A stretch of 64,000 nt of DNA from the human T2T-CHM13v2.0 reference genome, Homo sapiens: assembly GCF_009914755.1 (NCBI RefSeq), contig NC_060932.1, one strand, 5' to 3'. Positions 44,038 through 64,000 of this stretch are shown in pieces. The number at the start of each line of letters is the position of its first letter. The first letter of the stretch is position 1. The notes beneath the pieces were generated by a model, which was given only the letters and a program-made list of their open reading frames with translations, had not been told where the DNA came from and searched no databases. Made by a program: the position numbers and the translations under genes.

Positions 44038-45922
44038 ATATGGCAAGTAAAGTCCTTAGAACATTTCCAGGAGCATTCTAAGATTAGGTGAGTTCCATGG
44101 CTTGTCTTTGCAGAAATAGCAAGGAGCTGCTATGAGCAGTGAATGTACCTCTTCCCCAGTTCAGAAAGAGAGGCTCTCCATGGGTACGTGAGGGTGGCAG
44201 ATAAGCCACGTGTATGCAACTGGTAGTTCCATGCAGGAGTCCACACGGGCGCAGTTCTCCCTGCTTGCTCCCAAAGGGCCAACCTCATAAAACCATGTCA
44301 AAATACCAACATGGGTTTATGACCTGGAATGTTTCCTCTCAGTCCCTGAAACTTGGCACTTAGAATCCTCTGTGGAGAATGAGATACTTATGGCTCTTCA
44401 CCTTGCATTTTCCTATCTGTCCACACTTTTTACTTTTATTTCTGCCAATAGAATTCAATCTCAGGCCCCCGAGTTACCAGGACACTGTCTTCTATAAATC
44501 GGGGCTCTGGGGTTTCTTGTTCCCAGGCAACCCAGGGCCACCAAGGCCTAAGCTTGCTTGTTGGAGGTGTCAGAGCAGAGTCCAAATCTGAAACACCCTC
44601 GAGCAGCTGTCATGCCCTAAGCTCTTATCAGCGAGTGCCATATGTCCTTGTTTAGCAAAAGGTAGTTAAAAGTGTGGCCTGAGATTTAAAGAAAAGGAGA
44701 GATGTTTGCTCTTTGAAATAAGAGAGCCATTGGAGGTTCTGGAAAAATAATTCTACAGTTTATTTAGAAACAGTTCTGACTGGCACCTAAGAGAGGGCAA
44801 GGAGTGAGGTGGGGAGACTAAAAGGGGGAGAGACCGGCTTAGGCCTCAGGAAAAGCAGGCCGAAGAGGGTGTGACAGGTCTAACGCTGGCCTGAGCAAGG
44901 TGTTGGGTATGAGGCTGGGCAAGCAGTAGGAGAGGTGAGTGGTTTAAGACCAGTCAAGTTGGCAGAGAGCCTCTAGTGCTGCCCCTGGCACTCACTGCCC
45001 TCTGATCTGTAGCACCTGCAGGAGCGTCCCTTCCAGGGATTCCCCGTCTTCTAGGGAAGCTATGGAGGACTCCCCTGTTTAAAGCATATGGCAAGATAAC
45101 TCAGGAGGGCCAGGGAAAGAGGGAGGCTGAGCATATGCCAAGGGGAGAATGGGGAATGTCATTGCTGTTGCTAGTGAATGGTGCCAGGGAGGTCCTTCCA
45201 AGGGGCCACTTGCCACTTGGAGCTTCAGCCCATGAGGCCATCCTTGAACCCTGCCATGTGGCTCGGCAGACAGCCAATACTGCCTGAAGGGGGCTCAGAT
45301 GGAATGGCAGGGCTGGGCTGTTGCCAGTAATTGGTGTTAATGACTATGACAGTGGCTTTGACATGGATGAGATGGAGTTGGGGTACAACCCAAAGCACAC
45401 TGCTCTTGGCACCCGAAAGACCTGGGTTGCAGTTCTAGCCCCTCATACCTGCAAAGATTTTGGAAAGTTACTTAGACTCTCTGTGCCTGACATCTGTTTC
45501 TTCATCTGTAAATGAAGACTGGATTTTTTGGGAGAATTAAATTAGTTAACAGGTGTTCAGTGCCTAGCTCAGAATAAATGCTCAATATTTGTTAGCTATA
45601 CTTACTATTATTGTCTGAGCCTTGGTTTATATCATCTGTCAAATGGGCGTGATACTATGTCATAGGGTTGTTGTAAGGGTTAAATGAAATAATTAATGTG
45701 AATTTATCCAACAGTGTGTGAAGGGTGTAAAGTACTCAAAGTGAGTCAATTGAAATGGAAAATTTCACAAAATACCTGCATGTAAAAATCAGCGGCTGAG
45801 CAGGTGGATCAGCTAACATTTTTGGAAAGTTATTCTAAAAGTACTGTCAGAGGAACCTTTATCTACTTATGGAAAGTGGGGCTCACTGCCCATGGGGATA
45901 CCCTGTAGTTATTTTATGTTGT

Positions 45923-46680
45923 TGTATTAGTTGCCTATTGCTGCTATAACAAATTTCACAAACATAGTGGCTTAAAACAACCCTAAGATGTTATCTTGCA
46001 GTTCTGAAGTTCAGAACTCTTAAATGGGTTTTGTAGAGCTAAAATCAAGGTGTCAGCAGGGCTCTGTGGTTCCTTTTGTAGGCTCTTGGGAAAATGTCTT
46101 TCATTTTCTGACTTCTAAAACCTGACTGCATTTCTTGGCTCTTGGTTCCTTCTTCCATCCTCAAAGCCAGTAACAGCATCTTCCAACCCTTCTCCCCATC
46201 CTGACTCTCGTGTCTCCCTCTTACAAAACCATACCTAGAAAATCTGGGCTAATCACTGCATCTCATAATTCCTAAGTTAATCACATCTCCAAAGTCCCCC
46301 CGTTTTTTTTTTTCAAGACAGAGTCTCGTTCTATCGCCCACGCTAGAGTGCAGTGGCGTGATCTTGGCTCACTGCAGCCTCCGCCTCCCAGGTTCAAGTG
46401 TTCTCCTGCTTCAGCCTCCCAAATAGATGGGATTACAGCCATGAGCTACCACACCTGGCTAATTTTTTATATTTTTAGTAGAGATGGGGTTTCACCGTGT
46501 TGGCCACGCTGGTTTCGAACTCCTAACCTTAGGTGATCTGCCCACTTTGTCCTCCCAAAGTCCTGGGATCACATGCGTGAGCCAACCGCACCCGGCCCAA
46601 AGTCCCTTTTGCCATGTAAGGCAACACAGTCTGGGGATTAGGCCATAGACATCTTTGACATATTATTCTATCTGCCAGAA
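45923..46680 (-). mobile_element. MLT1 (MaLR) LTR split by an Alu (46303-46596)
   Basis: tgtattagttgcctattgctgctataacaaa..gtggcttaaaacaac; Alu TSD ccaaagtccc. Confidence 0.8.
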
Positions 46681-46746
46681 ATATTAGAGTATTAGATTGG
46701 GCATGATGGTAAGAAAAACTATTTAGAAAAAAGAAAGAAATATTAG

Positions 46747-47429
<683 letters not shown>

Positions 47430-47619
47430 AGTAACCCTCAACTTTGGCCCTTAGAACAGTCACTGTTGCCCCATCAACAGCATTTGTTGACTTTTCTAGC
47501 TGCTTCTCCTCTTCCATTTCTAGTGAAATAGAAAAAATGCCCTCATGTCCAGAGCAAGATCTCTGTGAAGCAAATCACTCTAGTGACGTTTGACCTCCCT
47601 GAGATTCCCAGACGGTGTC

Positions 47620-48706
<1,087 letters not shown>

Positions 48707-49184
48707 AGGACCTGAGAAGGAGTTCCAAATAGTGTCCGCCTGGGCTGCCTCATTCTTAATAACCACCCCCTTCCAGAATGTGCACAATGGCCCACTCAAG
48801 AGAGAACACCTGTTAAACTCTTCAAAATTTCTCCCGCAGCTCTCAGGTCTCTCAGTCCCTCTGTTGGTGGAAGGATCTGAGGGCAATAGAGCCTGGAACT
48901 GCACACTTTATTTGTTAAGTTAATTTTTTTCTTTTAAATCAGAGGAACATATAAAAAGGTGCACAAATCATGAGGGAAATCTCAATGGAGTTTTACAAGT
49001 GAGCACTCTCCACTGTCATGTAACTGCCCCCAAGATCTGCACCCATAGCCCCCTTTGGACCCCAAATAAATTATCGTCTTCCCCTAAGGCAACTACTATT
49101 TTACCTTCTATCACCATAGGTTAATTTTGTCTGCTTTATCTTACTTTATTTTTTATTTTTATTTTGCTCTCTGGATCTGTGTAG

Positions 49185-50129
<945 letters not shown>

Positions 50130-50510
50130 TACAAACTTCTTATTGACGTATACATACAAAAAAGTACACTAATCAAGGAAGCAGCTGGATTAGTTTTCAT
50201 GACATAAACCCATGTGTAACCAGCATTTTGATCAATAAATAGAACATTGCCAGCACCCAGAATCCCCGCTCAGGCTCTTTCTGTGCACTAACAAGCCAAG
50301 TCTAACCACAATCCTGATTCCTATGATTGTGGATACATTTTTTCCATTTTTGAATGTTATTTTGTTCAATGTTATATTTGTAAATTTCTCATGTAATTAA
50401 TATGCCGTAATTAATTCTTTTTTATTGCTGTGTAATATCCCATTATATGGCCACACCACAGTTTTTCTGTACTATTGTTAAGGGCTGTTGAGATTGTTTC
50501 CATTCACACT

Positions 50511-51120
<610 letters not shown>

Positions 51121-51787
51121 TTGCCTACTTCATTTTGAAAGGGAGTGACTACCTACCCATATCTCAGTTGTCATAAATGCAATTCCACCTGCAGAAATTC
51201 AGGAAGGGAAGATTGTATTTAGCACTGGTGCCAAATGCATTCATTAGGAGAGACTTAAAAACAGTCTACTGGTTAGGATTAAGTTCAGCTGCAAGTTACA
51301 GAAAAAATGAAATGACAGTGGGTTAAAGAAAGAAGTTTATTTCTGTCTTGTGTTCAAGAAGTCTGGAGACAGTGAGTGTCCAAAGTGTATGTGGGGTAAG
51401 GCCCCATGCCCTGTGCCTGGTTGCTTTTAGCATGCATAGCTTCCATTTCCATGCAGTCTCACCCAGGATTTCGGGATGACTGCTGAGTACTAAACCAAAA
51501 AACAAAAACAAAAACAAAAAAAAACAAAACCGATGTTAGAGAGGCAGGTAAGGCATTTGAAAACATTGTTTTATGGAAAAAAAAAGTTATGGAACATTTA
51601 TAAAATGAAAAAAGCAGTTTTTTCTAAATTAACACATTATTTTATAACTTAAAATGTTTTAAATATGTATTTGTGACTTAACTGATACATTATTATAAGT
51701 AGATACTTGATATTTCATCTATATCCTTTAAAATATTCAAGCTGACCAAGAAATTGTATGTGGGGTCTTCCAATCAGGAAAAATAGG

Positions 51788-52375
<588 letters not shown>

Positions 52376-52589
52376 GGAAGATGTTATCCTCCTATTACAG
52401 TCGCCTACATTCAGGCAAACATAGTACGTAGAGGAAGACATGGACTTGACTTTGGTACTTTTTGGATGCAGAACCAGGGCCATTTTGCTTCAACTAATAT
52501 TTTGTTAATTAATGAAAGATCAATAAATATGTTTGTTCAAATTAATAATTTTAAAAAAATTTATTCACACAATTTGGTACCTAGCACAA

Positions 52590-53340
52590 GAAGCAAACAG
52601 AGGTGACAAGGTGCATGCTGCAGCAGACAACAAACCCATTGTCAGGGGTCTATGAAGCAGTCAGTTCTCATTAGAAAACCGAGAGAATATTTTACAGCAT
52701 GAGTGACATGTGAGCTGAGGCTTGAGGACTGAATGCAATTTCGATGAATGTAGAATGTAGAAATTTCAGGGTGAGGGACCGGCATGGATGGAGGCGCCCC
52801 GCTATGACAAGAGTCTGAGTTCTTCAAGCCCTAATGGGGAGGCTGGGGTGGATGTGGGGGCCACCATGGTCAGAGAGGTGGGCAGTGGCCAGTCAAGGAG
52901 GGCCTTGAATGTTAACATTGCACAGTGAGGCCACAGGCAGATTCAAAATCACAAGGGAAGGGCCAGTAGATGAGGGACCCAAGGCAGGGAGGGCAGTTCT
53001 GAGGCTCCTGGGAGTCTGGCTGAGAAAGGGTGTGGGTAGAACATTCGCTGCAGCAGTGGGAACTGTCAGGAGGCCTGGACAGGGGAGCTGTGCAGAGGTG
53101 GGAACACCAGAATTTATCCACTCACAAATGTGTTGAGGATACAGAGGACACGTGGAAGCTGGCTCCCAAATTTCTGGCCTAGATGGCTGGGCAGATGGGG
53201 TTAGCATGACCATGAAAGGATTTGAGGAAAAGATGACTTTGTGTCTGGACAGGCTGAATTGGCAAGCAGGCCTGCACCACTGGGTGGAAGTTACAGACAG
53301 CATCAGGTCAACATCGCGGAGAACTGAGGTCTAACATTTA
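52590..53340. mobile_element. L2-like degenerate fragments
   Basis: gtgacatgtgagctgaggcttga and related purine-rich L2-type motifs. Confidence 0.4.
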
Positions 53341-53573
53341 GAGCTGCCTGAAGATTGTGGATGGCCTTGAATCCTAGCCAGAGGTTGTCTTCCCATTTGC
53401 TAGGGATTCCAGGATTAGGTGGAAGACAGGAAGGTACAGCCTGAAATTCACACAGCTCCAGTATTGTATGATTCTCTGTGAACTCATAGAACAGTTGGTG
53501 TGCATACCTGGTATGCTGACAAAGAGATCTTTGGCAAAACTATTGAGCCTGATGTCTAGGAATTTATCGTTAG

Positions 53574-54408
<835 letters not shown>

Positions 54409-55253
54409 TAGACTGACTGCCTGAGAGGTGCCAGGGTAGAATATTGTCTCTGCCAGTTAACAAGTTCTGAGGCCTTGGAGAGGTCTTTCCACCTATAAAT
54501 CTTAGTGTTCCATCCATCAAATTTGGAACTCATCCACCTCACAGAATGATTGTGGGGATCAAATGAGATGATACTGTGAAAAATGCCCAGTTCACTGGCT
54601 GTCCCATCCAGACACTTAATAAATATTAGTGTCCTGTCCCCTTTCTCTTTTTGTCTGGAGGTGGGGTTACCACTGGAGAGGGGATCTTGCCACCTTCTTC
54701 AGGATAGCAGGATCTTGCCAATGGTCTGGTTTAGATTGAGAAACTTGGCTCCCAGGCCATGCCTCTTATTTTATGGATGACTAGTTAAAGCCCAGAGAGT
54801 TGTTACCTAGGTGAGGTCATGCAGGTGTGCAGAACCAGGCCTCTGGTCTCAAGGCCCACACCATACAGTTCTGGCTCTGGAGGGAATTCTATTCGCCTGT
54901 GGATTTACTTGCAACAGTGATGCTTAGAAGAACCCGTAGTTAAGACAGAATAATCTTCTCTCTCTTCCCCCACCCCCTTGGTGAAGTTAAATGAAAAGAC
55001 TCATTGTCCCATGGAGAAGAGAAAAACTGTTAAAACAAAAGTCAAAGCCGTTGTATTATTTTAAAATATTCTTTCCATGTTCCCAAATGCTTCATGGAAT
55101 CTGTTCGGACTGAATTAACCTCTCTATTTCTCAGCACAGCAATTCTTCTCAGATGCCCAAAAATGAAAGGAACTGTTCTCAAATATCATTCCATTTTCCA
55201 GTTAGAAATGGGTCCTGATCTTCAAATGCTGACAGCTGTAAATGCCAAACTGA

Positions 55254-58310
<3,057 letters not shown>

Positions 58311-58836
58311 CTAACACTTAAATTCAGCACTTTCTATGTGCCAGGCAGTGTTTGAAGTGCTTTAAATATATCTACATATGAACCGATTGATTCTATATAA
58401 CAATTAGGTCTACTGTTGTCTCCGTTTTAAAGATGAGGAAACTGAGGTCAAGAGAGGGTAAGTAACCTGCTCAGGGTTGGACAGCTAGCATTATTTTGCT
58501 TTGTTTATTTTTAACTCCTCACTCTTCACCTATCCTCAGTGCCTTTTGGTTAGCAATGGTGACTTGAAAATACAAACATTTCTTGAAATCCACAGTAAAC
58601 CCAAACCACATGCAATGATGTTTGTTTTTTGGAAATGATCACACACCACATCATATTCCAAGTGTTGAGTGCATATGCCTCGGAGTGGAAGTGGGCCTTG
58701 AGAGCATGTTGTATACATTTTGAAACAAATAAGCCTGGACTTTTTATCTGCTCGGTTTGGAGAAAGGGGAATAGCAATAAAATCATAAATCACATATAAA
58801 TGATGTAACACACTGAATAGTGTTTTATAAAATAAG

Positions 58837-59313
<477 letters not shown>

Positions 59314-59367
59314 TTAAATGGTTTAAAAAGGGGGGTGAGGAGAGTAGTTATTTGTAATGAGCTAGTG

Positions 59368-59912
59368 CAGGGGTCCCCAACCCCCACCCGGAATTAGTCC
59401 ATGGTCTGTTAGGAACCAGGCCGCACAGCAGGAGGTGAGCAGTGGGCGAGCTCAGCTTCATCTGTATTTACAGCCGCTCCCCATCGCCTGTGTTACCACC
59501 TGAGCTCTGCCTCCTGTCAGATCACCAGCACCGTTAGATCCATTAGATTCTTTTTTTTAAATTGCTGCTGCACAAATTAAGGCATTAGATTCTCATAGGA
59601 ACATGAACCCTATCATGAACTGCACACTCCTTATGAGAATCTAATGCCTGATGACCTGTCACTGTCTCCCGTCACCCCCAGATGAGAACATCTAGTTGCA
59701 GGAAAACAAGCTCAGGGCTCCCACTGATTCCTACATTATGTTGAGCTGTATAATTATTTCATTATATATTGCAATGTAATAATAATAGAAATAAAGTGCA
59801 CAATAAATGTAATGCACTTGAATCATCCCAAAACCACCCCCACAGCTGGGTCTGTGGAAAAATTGTCTTCCACAATATTGGTCCCTGATGCCAAAAAGAT
59901 TGGGGACCACTG
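59368..59912 (+). mobile_element. MER1A-like hAT-Charlie MITE
   Basis: Terminal inverted repeats caggggtccccaac..ttggggaccactg; internal MER1 motifs; flanked by an apparent 8-bp duplication agctagtg. Confidence 0.88.
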
Positions 59913-60399
59913 AGCTAGTGGGTTCTGGAACTTCACCTCTTATGAGCGATGTAACCTTGGGCAAGTTACTTCTCTGAGATACTCTATAAATTAAATCACT
60001 TAATACGTTGAAGGCACTTGGCCCAGTGCCTGGCACATAGGAGATGCTGAATAAACATTCACTATTTTTAATATAATCTTAATGCATAGTAAAATTATAT
60101 TAAAAAGAGTGAGCTAGTTCAATACAGCAAGTGTGAAAAACTGGACTCTGAAGGTTGACAGGCCCAGGTCCATTCCCAGGTCAATTTCTGGAAGCAATTT
60201 GCTGAACAAACAGTTCGCTGAAATAGTGAGGTTTTTTTTTAAGTTTTGAAACATGGTCCCTGCCCCACCCCTGCCCTGTCCCTGCCTCTGACAAAGAAAG
60301 AACTATGGCATTTCATGACTTGATTTCTGGGGATTTTCCTTTCAGTTTTCTACTAATCAATGCATTGGAAAATTGACCTGCTAGTCCTGGGTTTGAATT

Positions 60400-60850
60400 T
60401 GTTTTACCTTTTTTTTTTTTTGAGATAGGGTCTCGTGCTGTCACCCAGGCTGGAGTGTAGTGGTGCAGTCTCTGCTCACTGCAGTCCTGGGTTCAAGTGA
60501 TTCTTGTGCCTCGGCCTCCTAAGTAGCTAGGACTGCAGGCACGAGCCACCACACCTGGCTAATTTTTGTATTTTTAGTAGAGATTGGGTTTCGCTGTGTT
60601 GGCCAGGCTGGTCTCAAACTCTTGGCCTCAAGTGATGTGCCCACCTTGGCCTCCCAAAGTGGTGGGATTACAGGTGTGAGTCACCACACCTGGACTTTTT
60701 TAACTTTTTAAATAAATTTAAATTTTTTTTTTGTAGAAACGAGGCCTTGCTGTGTGGACCAGGCTGGTTTCAAACTTCTGGCATCAAGCAATCCTTCTAT
60801 CTAGGCCTCCTAAAGCACTAGGATTGCAGACATGAGCCATGGCACCTAGA
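60400..60850 (-). mobile_element. Alu plus Alu monomer inserted in a MIR
   Basis: TSD cctgggtttgaatt at ~60386 and ~60857. Confidence 0.85.
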
Positions 60851-61379
60851 CTTGACCCTGGGTTTGAATTCTGGCTCTGACACTTGCTAACTGTGTGTGA
60901 CCTTGGGCAGGCCACTGACCCTTCCTGAGCCTTATGGGAATGTGGGAATAATATTAGGTAATGGAGCAAGTTAATATAGGTAAAGAATTTAGAATAGGGC
61001 CTGGCACATGGCCTCAGTCTAGTACCAGAGTCCAAGCCCATAACCACTGTGCCAACACTCTTGTAATAAATGTATGTGGGAGACAGGGAGGCTGGGAGGC
61101 TGGATATGTGATGCTACTTTATGTCAACTACACATGAATTTTATATGTATAATTTATATAAACTAATTGATGCCATCTACTATTATTAGACTGAACAAAT
61201 ATTGTTACTTGGAACTCTCAGATATGTAATAGCTTTTTTTTATTCAAATCCAAAATGTAAAATGTGACTATGAGTAATTGATAATGAACTTAACTGATAA
61301 GAAACTTCAGGATAGATTTTTCTCAAGTTTTCCATTCAGTCTTACAGTGATTAAAGTGATGAAAAATTCCAACTATGCA

Positions 61380-61578
61380 TGCCCTGCTCGGAGCGTCCAA
61401 GAAGAGCCTACCAACGGGGGCTACTTAAGCTCTCAAAGGCCAAACACACAAACGGCATTTTGAGTGCAAGTGGTCTGTTTGAACTCTGAAAAGGCGGGGC
61501 AGCGGGCCTGCAGCTCCTGGAGTTCAGGGAGACCCGGAAATCTCACCCTGCCCTCTTCTTGTGTTGTGTTTGTCACAG
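61380..61578 (+). promoter_or_regulatory. MATN2: Candidate downstream promoter of MATN2 just before exon 2
   Basis: Non-repeat, CpG-retaining segment with TATA-like cttaa (~61424) and GC box ggcggggc (~61493); a second matrilin-2 promoter is recalled from the literature, not verified here. Confidence 0.45.
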
Positions 61579-61604
61579 CCTTGCCCCTCTTGCTCGCCTT
61601 GAAA

Positions 61605-61746
61605 ATGGAAAAGATGCTCGCAGGCTGCTTTCTGCTGATCCTCGGACAGATCGTCCTCCTCCCTGCCGAGGCCAGGGAGCGGTCACGTGGGAGGTCCATC
61701 TCTAGGGGCAGACACGCTCGGACCCACCCGCAGACGGCCCTTCTGG
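61605..61746 (+). CDS. MATN2: MATN2 (matrilin-2) first coding exon: signal peptide and basic N-terminal segment; exon spans 61579-61746
   Basis: Acceptor tgtcacag at 61578, strong Kozak aaaATGg, [47 protein letters not shown], donor G|GTGAGT at 61746/61747 (phase 1). Confidence 0.96.
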
Positions 61747-62349
61747 GTGAGTGGTGGTGCTCACCCCCAAAAGTGGGCAGGTGGGGGTGGTTTGGGGAGG
61801 GCTCAGGGACAGGGATTGGTGACTGTTTGAGAAGCTTTCCTTTCCCTGGGTCCTTGTTGGATGTGCTGGGCCTGGGGTCCTCACTGGTGGTGAATGCATC
61901 CGGAGTTGAGCACGTGGTTGCACACGAGTTTTCAAAATAAACTTTTCTTTGAAGCCTTTAATTGAATCTGAGGCTTATGGCTTTTCTCCAATATTCAGGG
62001 CAAGATTTCTCATCTGAAAATGTCCTTGTTGTTGGACCTATCTGGGCAAAGGTGTTATGAAAATTTTTTATTGGGTTTGCCCAGCTAGATCTGTTAATAA
62101 TGCTTCCCTGCATGGCAGCAGGGAAGTAAGAGCTGGGCCAGAAGAGAGGTGGGGACATTGTGAGCTGAATCGAGGTATTAGGAATGGAAAATGCCAGGGG
62201 TCTATTCATCTGATCCAGTGAACATTTTTCCTAGAAAAAGGAAATGTCATGAAAACACACGGAAAACATGTAAATCAGCTGATTCTAAACAAGGGCATTG
62301 GTAAGCCTGGCATGTGGAGGTTATAGGAAGGTTGGGCAGTGCCAAGAGA

Positions 62350-62580
62350 ATGAGTTTTGGCATTGACCTGGGTTCAAGTCCTGCCTCTGCTACTTTCCAG
62401 ATGTGATATAACCTCCCTGAGGCTATAGATGTGATATAACGTAGGTGATATAACTTCCCTGAGGCTCAGTTTTATCATCTGTAAAATGGAAGTGTGAATG
62501 CCAACCTTGGAACATTTCTGAGAAATAAATGAGGTAATATACATACATTCTAGGTACTCAGTAAGTAAAAGCTTTACCAC
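62350..62580 (+). mobile_element. MIR with a local triplication
   Basis: gacctgggttcaagtcctgcctctgc..ctcagttttatcatctgtaaaatgg. Confidence 0.7.
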
Positions 62581-62941
62581 AACTGTCATTCTATTAAGTT
62601 CTTTGAAACTGTATTTGACATTTATACCTTGTTGGCCAGCCACTCGAATCTGACCCCCTGCAAAGGCTACTAAGAGAACTGCCCAGTGACCTGGTAGCCT
62701 CAGTGGCATCCGAAATTACAATCAGGGACCACAGGGACCTAAAGAGCCCTGTTTTCAGAGGTCAGAATCTTTATTGATGTTAACTAAGTGAGGACCCCAG
62801 TGATAGGTCTTCCAGGTTCCTGAAAGTCCTTGTTTCCATAGTGATGTAAACAACACTTTTGCAAATGTGAAAAGGAGTGGGAAGTGTTTAGTATGTTAAT
62901 TGAAACGTTTTAAAAAAGAAATTCCAAGATGATAAACAACA

Positions 62942-62983
62942 TCTCTCTCTCTCTCTCTCTGTCTATATATATATATATATATA
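62942..62983. repeat. Compound (TC)n(TA)n microsatellite
   Basis: Direct reading. Confidence 0.92.
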
Positions 62984-62997
62984 AAACTGATGATGCA

Positions 62998-63236
62998 CAC
63001 AATCTTGGCTCATTGCAACCTCCGCCTCCTGGGTTCAAGCACATCTCCCACCACAGCCTCTTGAGTAGCTGGGTTTACAGGGGCACAACACCACGCTCAG
63101 CTAATTTTTGTATTTTTAGTAGAGATGGGGTTTTGCCATGTTGGCCAGGCTGGTCTCAAACTCTTGGCCTCGAGTGATCTGCCATCTCGACCTCCCAAAG
63201 TGCTGGGATTACAGACATGAGCCACTACGCATGGCC
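62998..63236 (-). mobile_element. Alu (3'-truncated)
   Basis: Alu consensus. Confidence 0.9.
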
Positions 63237-63678
63237 AAGATACCTGATTTCTGGATCACCAGCAGTAACTGCCCAGTTGGGTTTCTGATGGGGCTGGTCT
63301 CAGGAAAAGCCTCCACACACTTGCCTGGAAAAGCACACTGCTTCTCTAGGCTCCAAGTCTCTCTCTCCCTCCCTTCCTCCCTCTGATACACACACACAGA
63401 CCACATCACCCCCACCTTCCCTGGTTGTCAGCATTCACTGTCGTCCTCCTTTGCCTAGAAGCCCATTTTGCTAAAGGCACCAACCCTGCATCCAGCATTG
63501 ATTCCTTCTTCTCATTTTTCAAGAGAATGTGTCAGAGACAAAGAGGAGGATGGGGCACAACCTATCTTTCCCACCCCAAGACTGGAAGTGGGCATGGGTG
63601 TTTTCACTCCGTGAGCTGTGCAAGTGGCTGCTCCCAGATATGCTGGAGGGCTGCTTGGCTTATGAAAATGGTGGAGTG

Positions 63679-64000
<322 letters not shown>

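Noticed and set aside
61747-61940. Continuation of the MATN2 frame to 61940
   Set aside because: Read-through past a consensus GTGAGT donor into the intron

Overview
Primate (very likely human, 8q22.1) Alu-dense genomic DNA with no prokaryotic features. Positions 1-24896 read as the last intron of LAPTM4B, whose terminal coding exon (VLLPPYDDATVNGAAKEPPPPYVSA*) is at 24897-24974, followed by a 3'UTR with two poly(A) signals. The intergenic part holds three processed pseudogenes flanked by target-site duplications (TSDs): TMEM69 (minus strand, frameshifted), SUMO2 (minus, broken by three Alus, TSD degenerate) and RPS23 (plus, full-length 143-aa ORF still open). MATN2 follows, with a CpG-island promoter, non-coding exon 1 (donor at 42788/42789), an ~18.8-kb intron and the first coding exon (61579-61746). 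Other mobile elements are a 5'-deleted HERV-H/F-class provirus nested in a MER21-like LTR, an SVA2-type VNTR retroposon with a perfect 15-bp TSD, a solo LTR inside an Alu, MER1/MER58/MLT1/L1/L2/MIR relics and about 60 Alus. I found no convincing wholly new biological system. The best leads are a spliced 102-codon upstream ORF overlapping the MATN2 start codon, a candidate in-frame 117-nt cassette exon in LAPTM4B, the SVA2 element and its possible link to the TMEM69 retrocopy, and the intact RPS23 retro-ORF. Gene and repeat-family names come from recognition of sequence from memory, not from database searches, and repeat boundaries are approximate.
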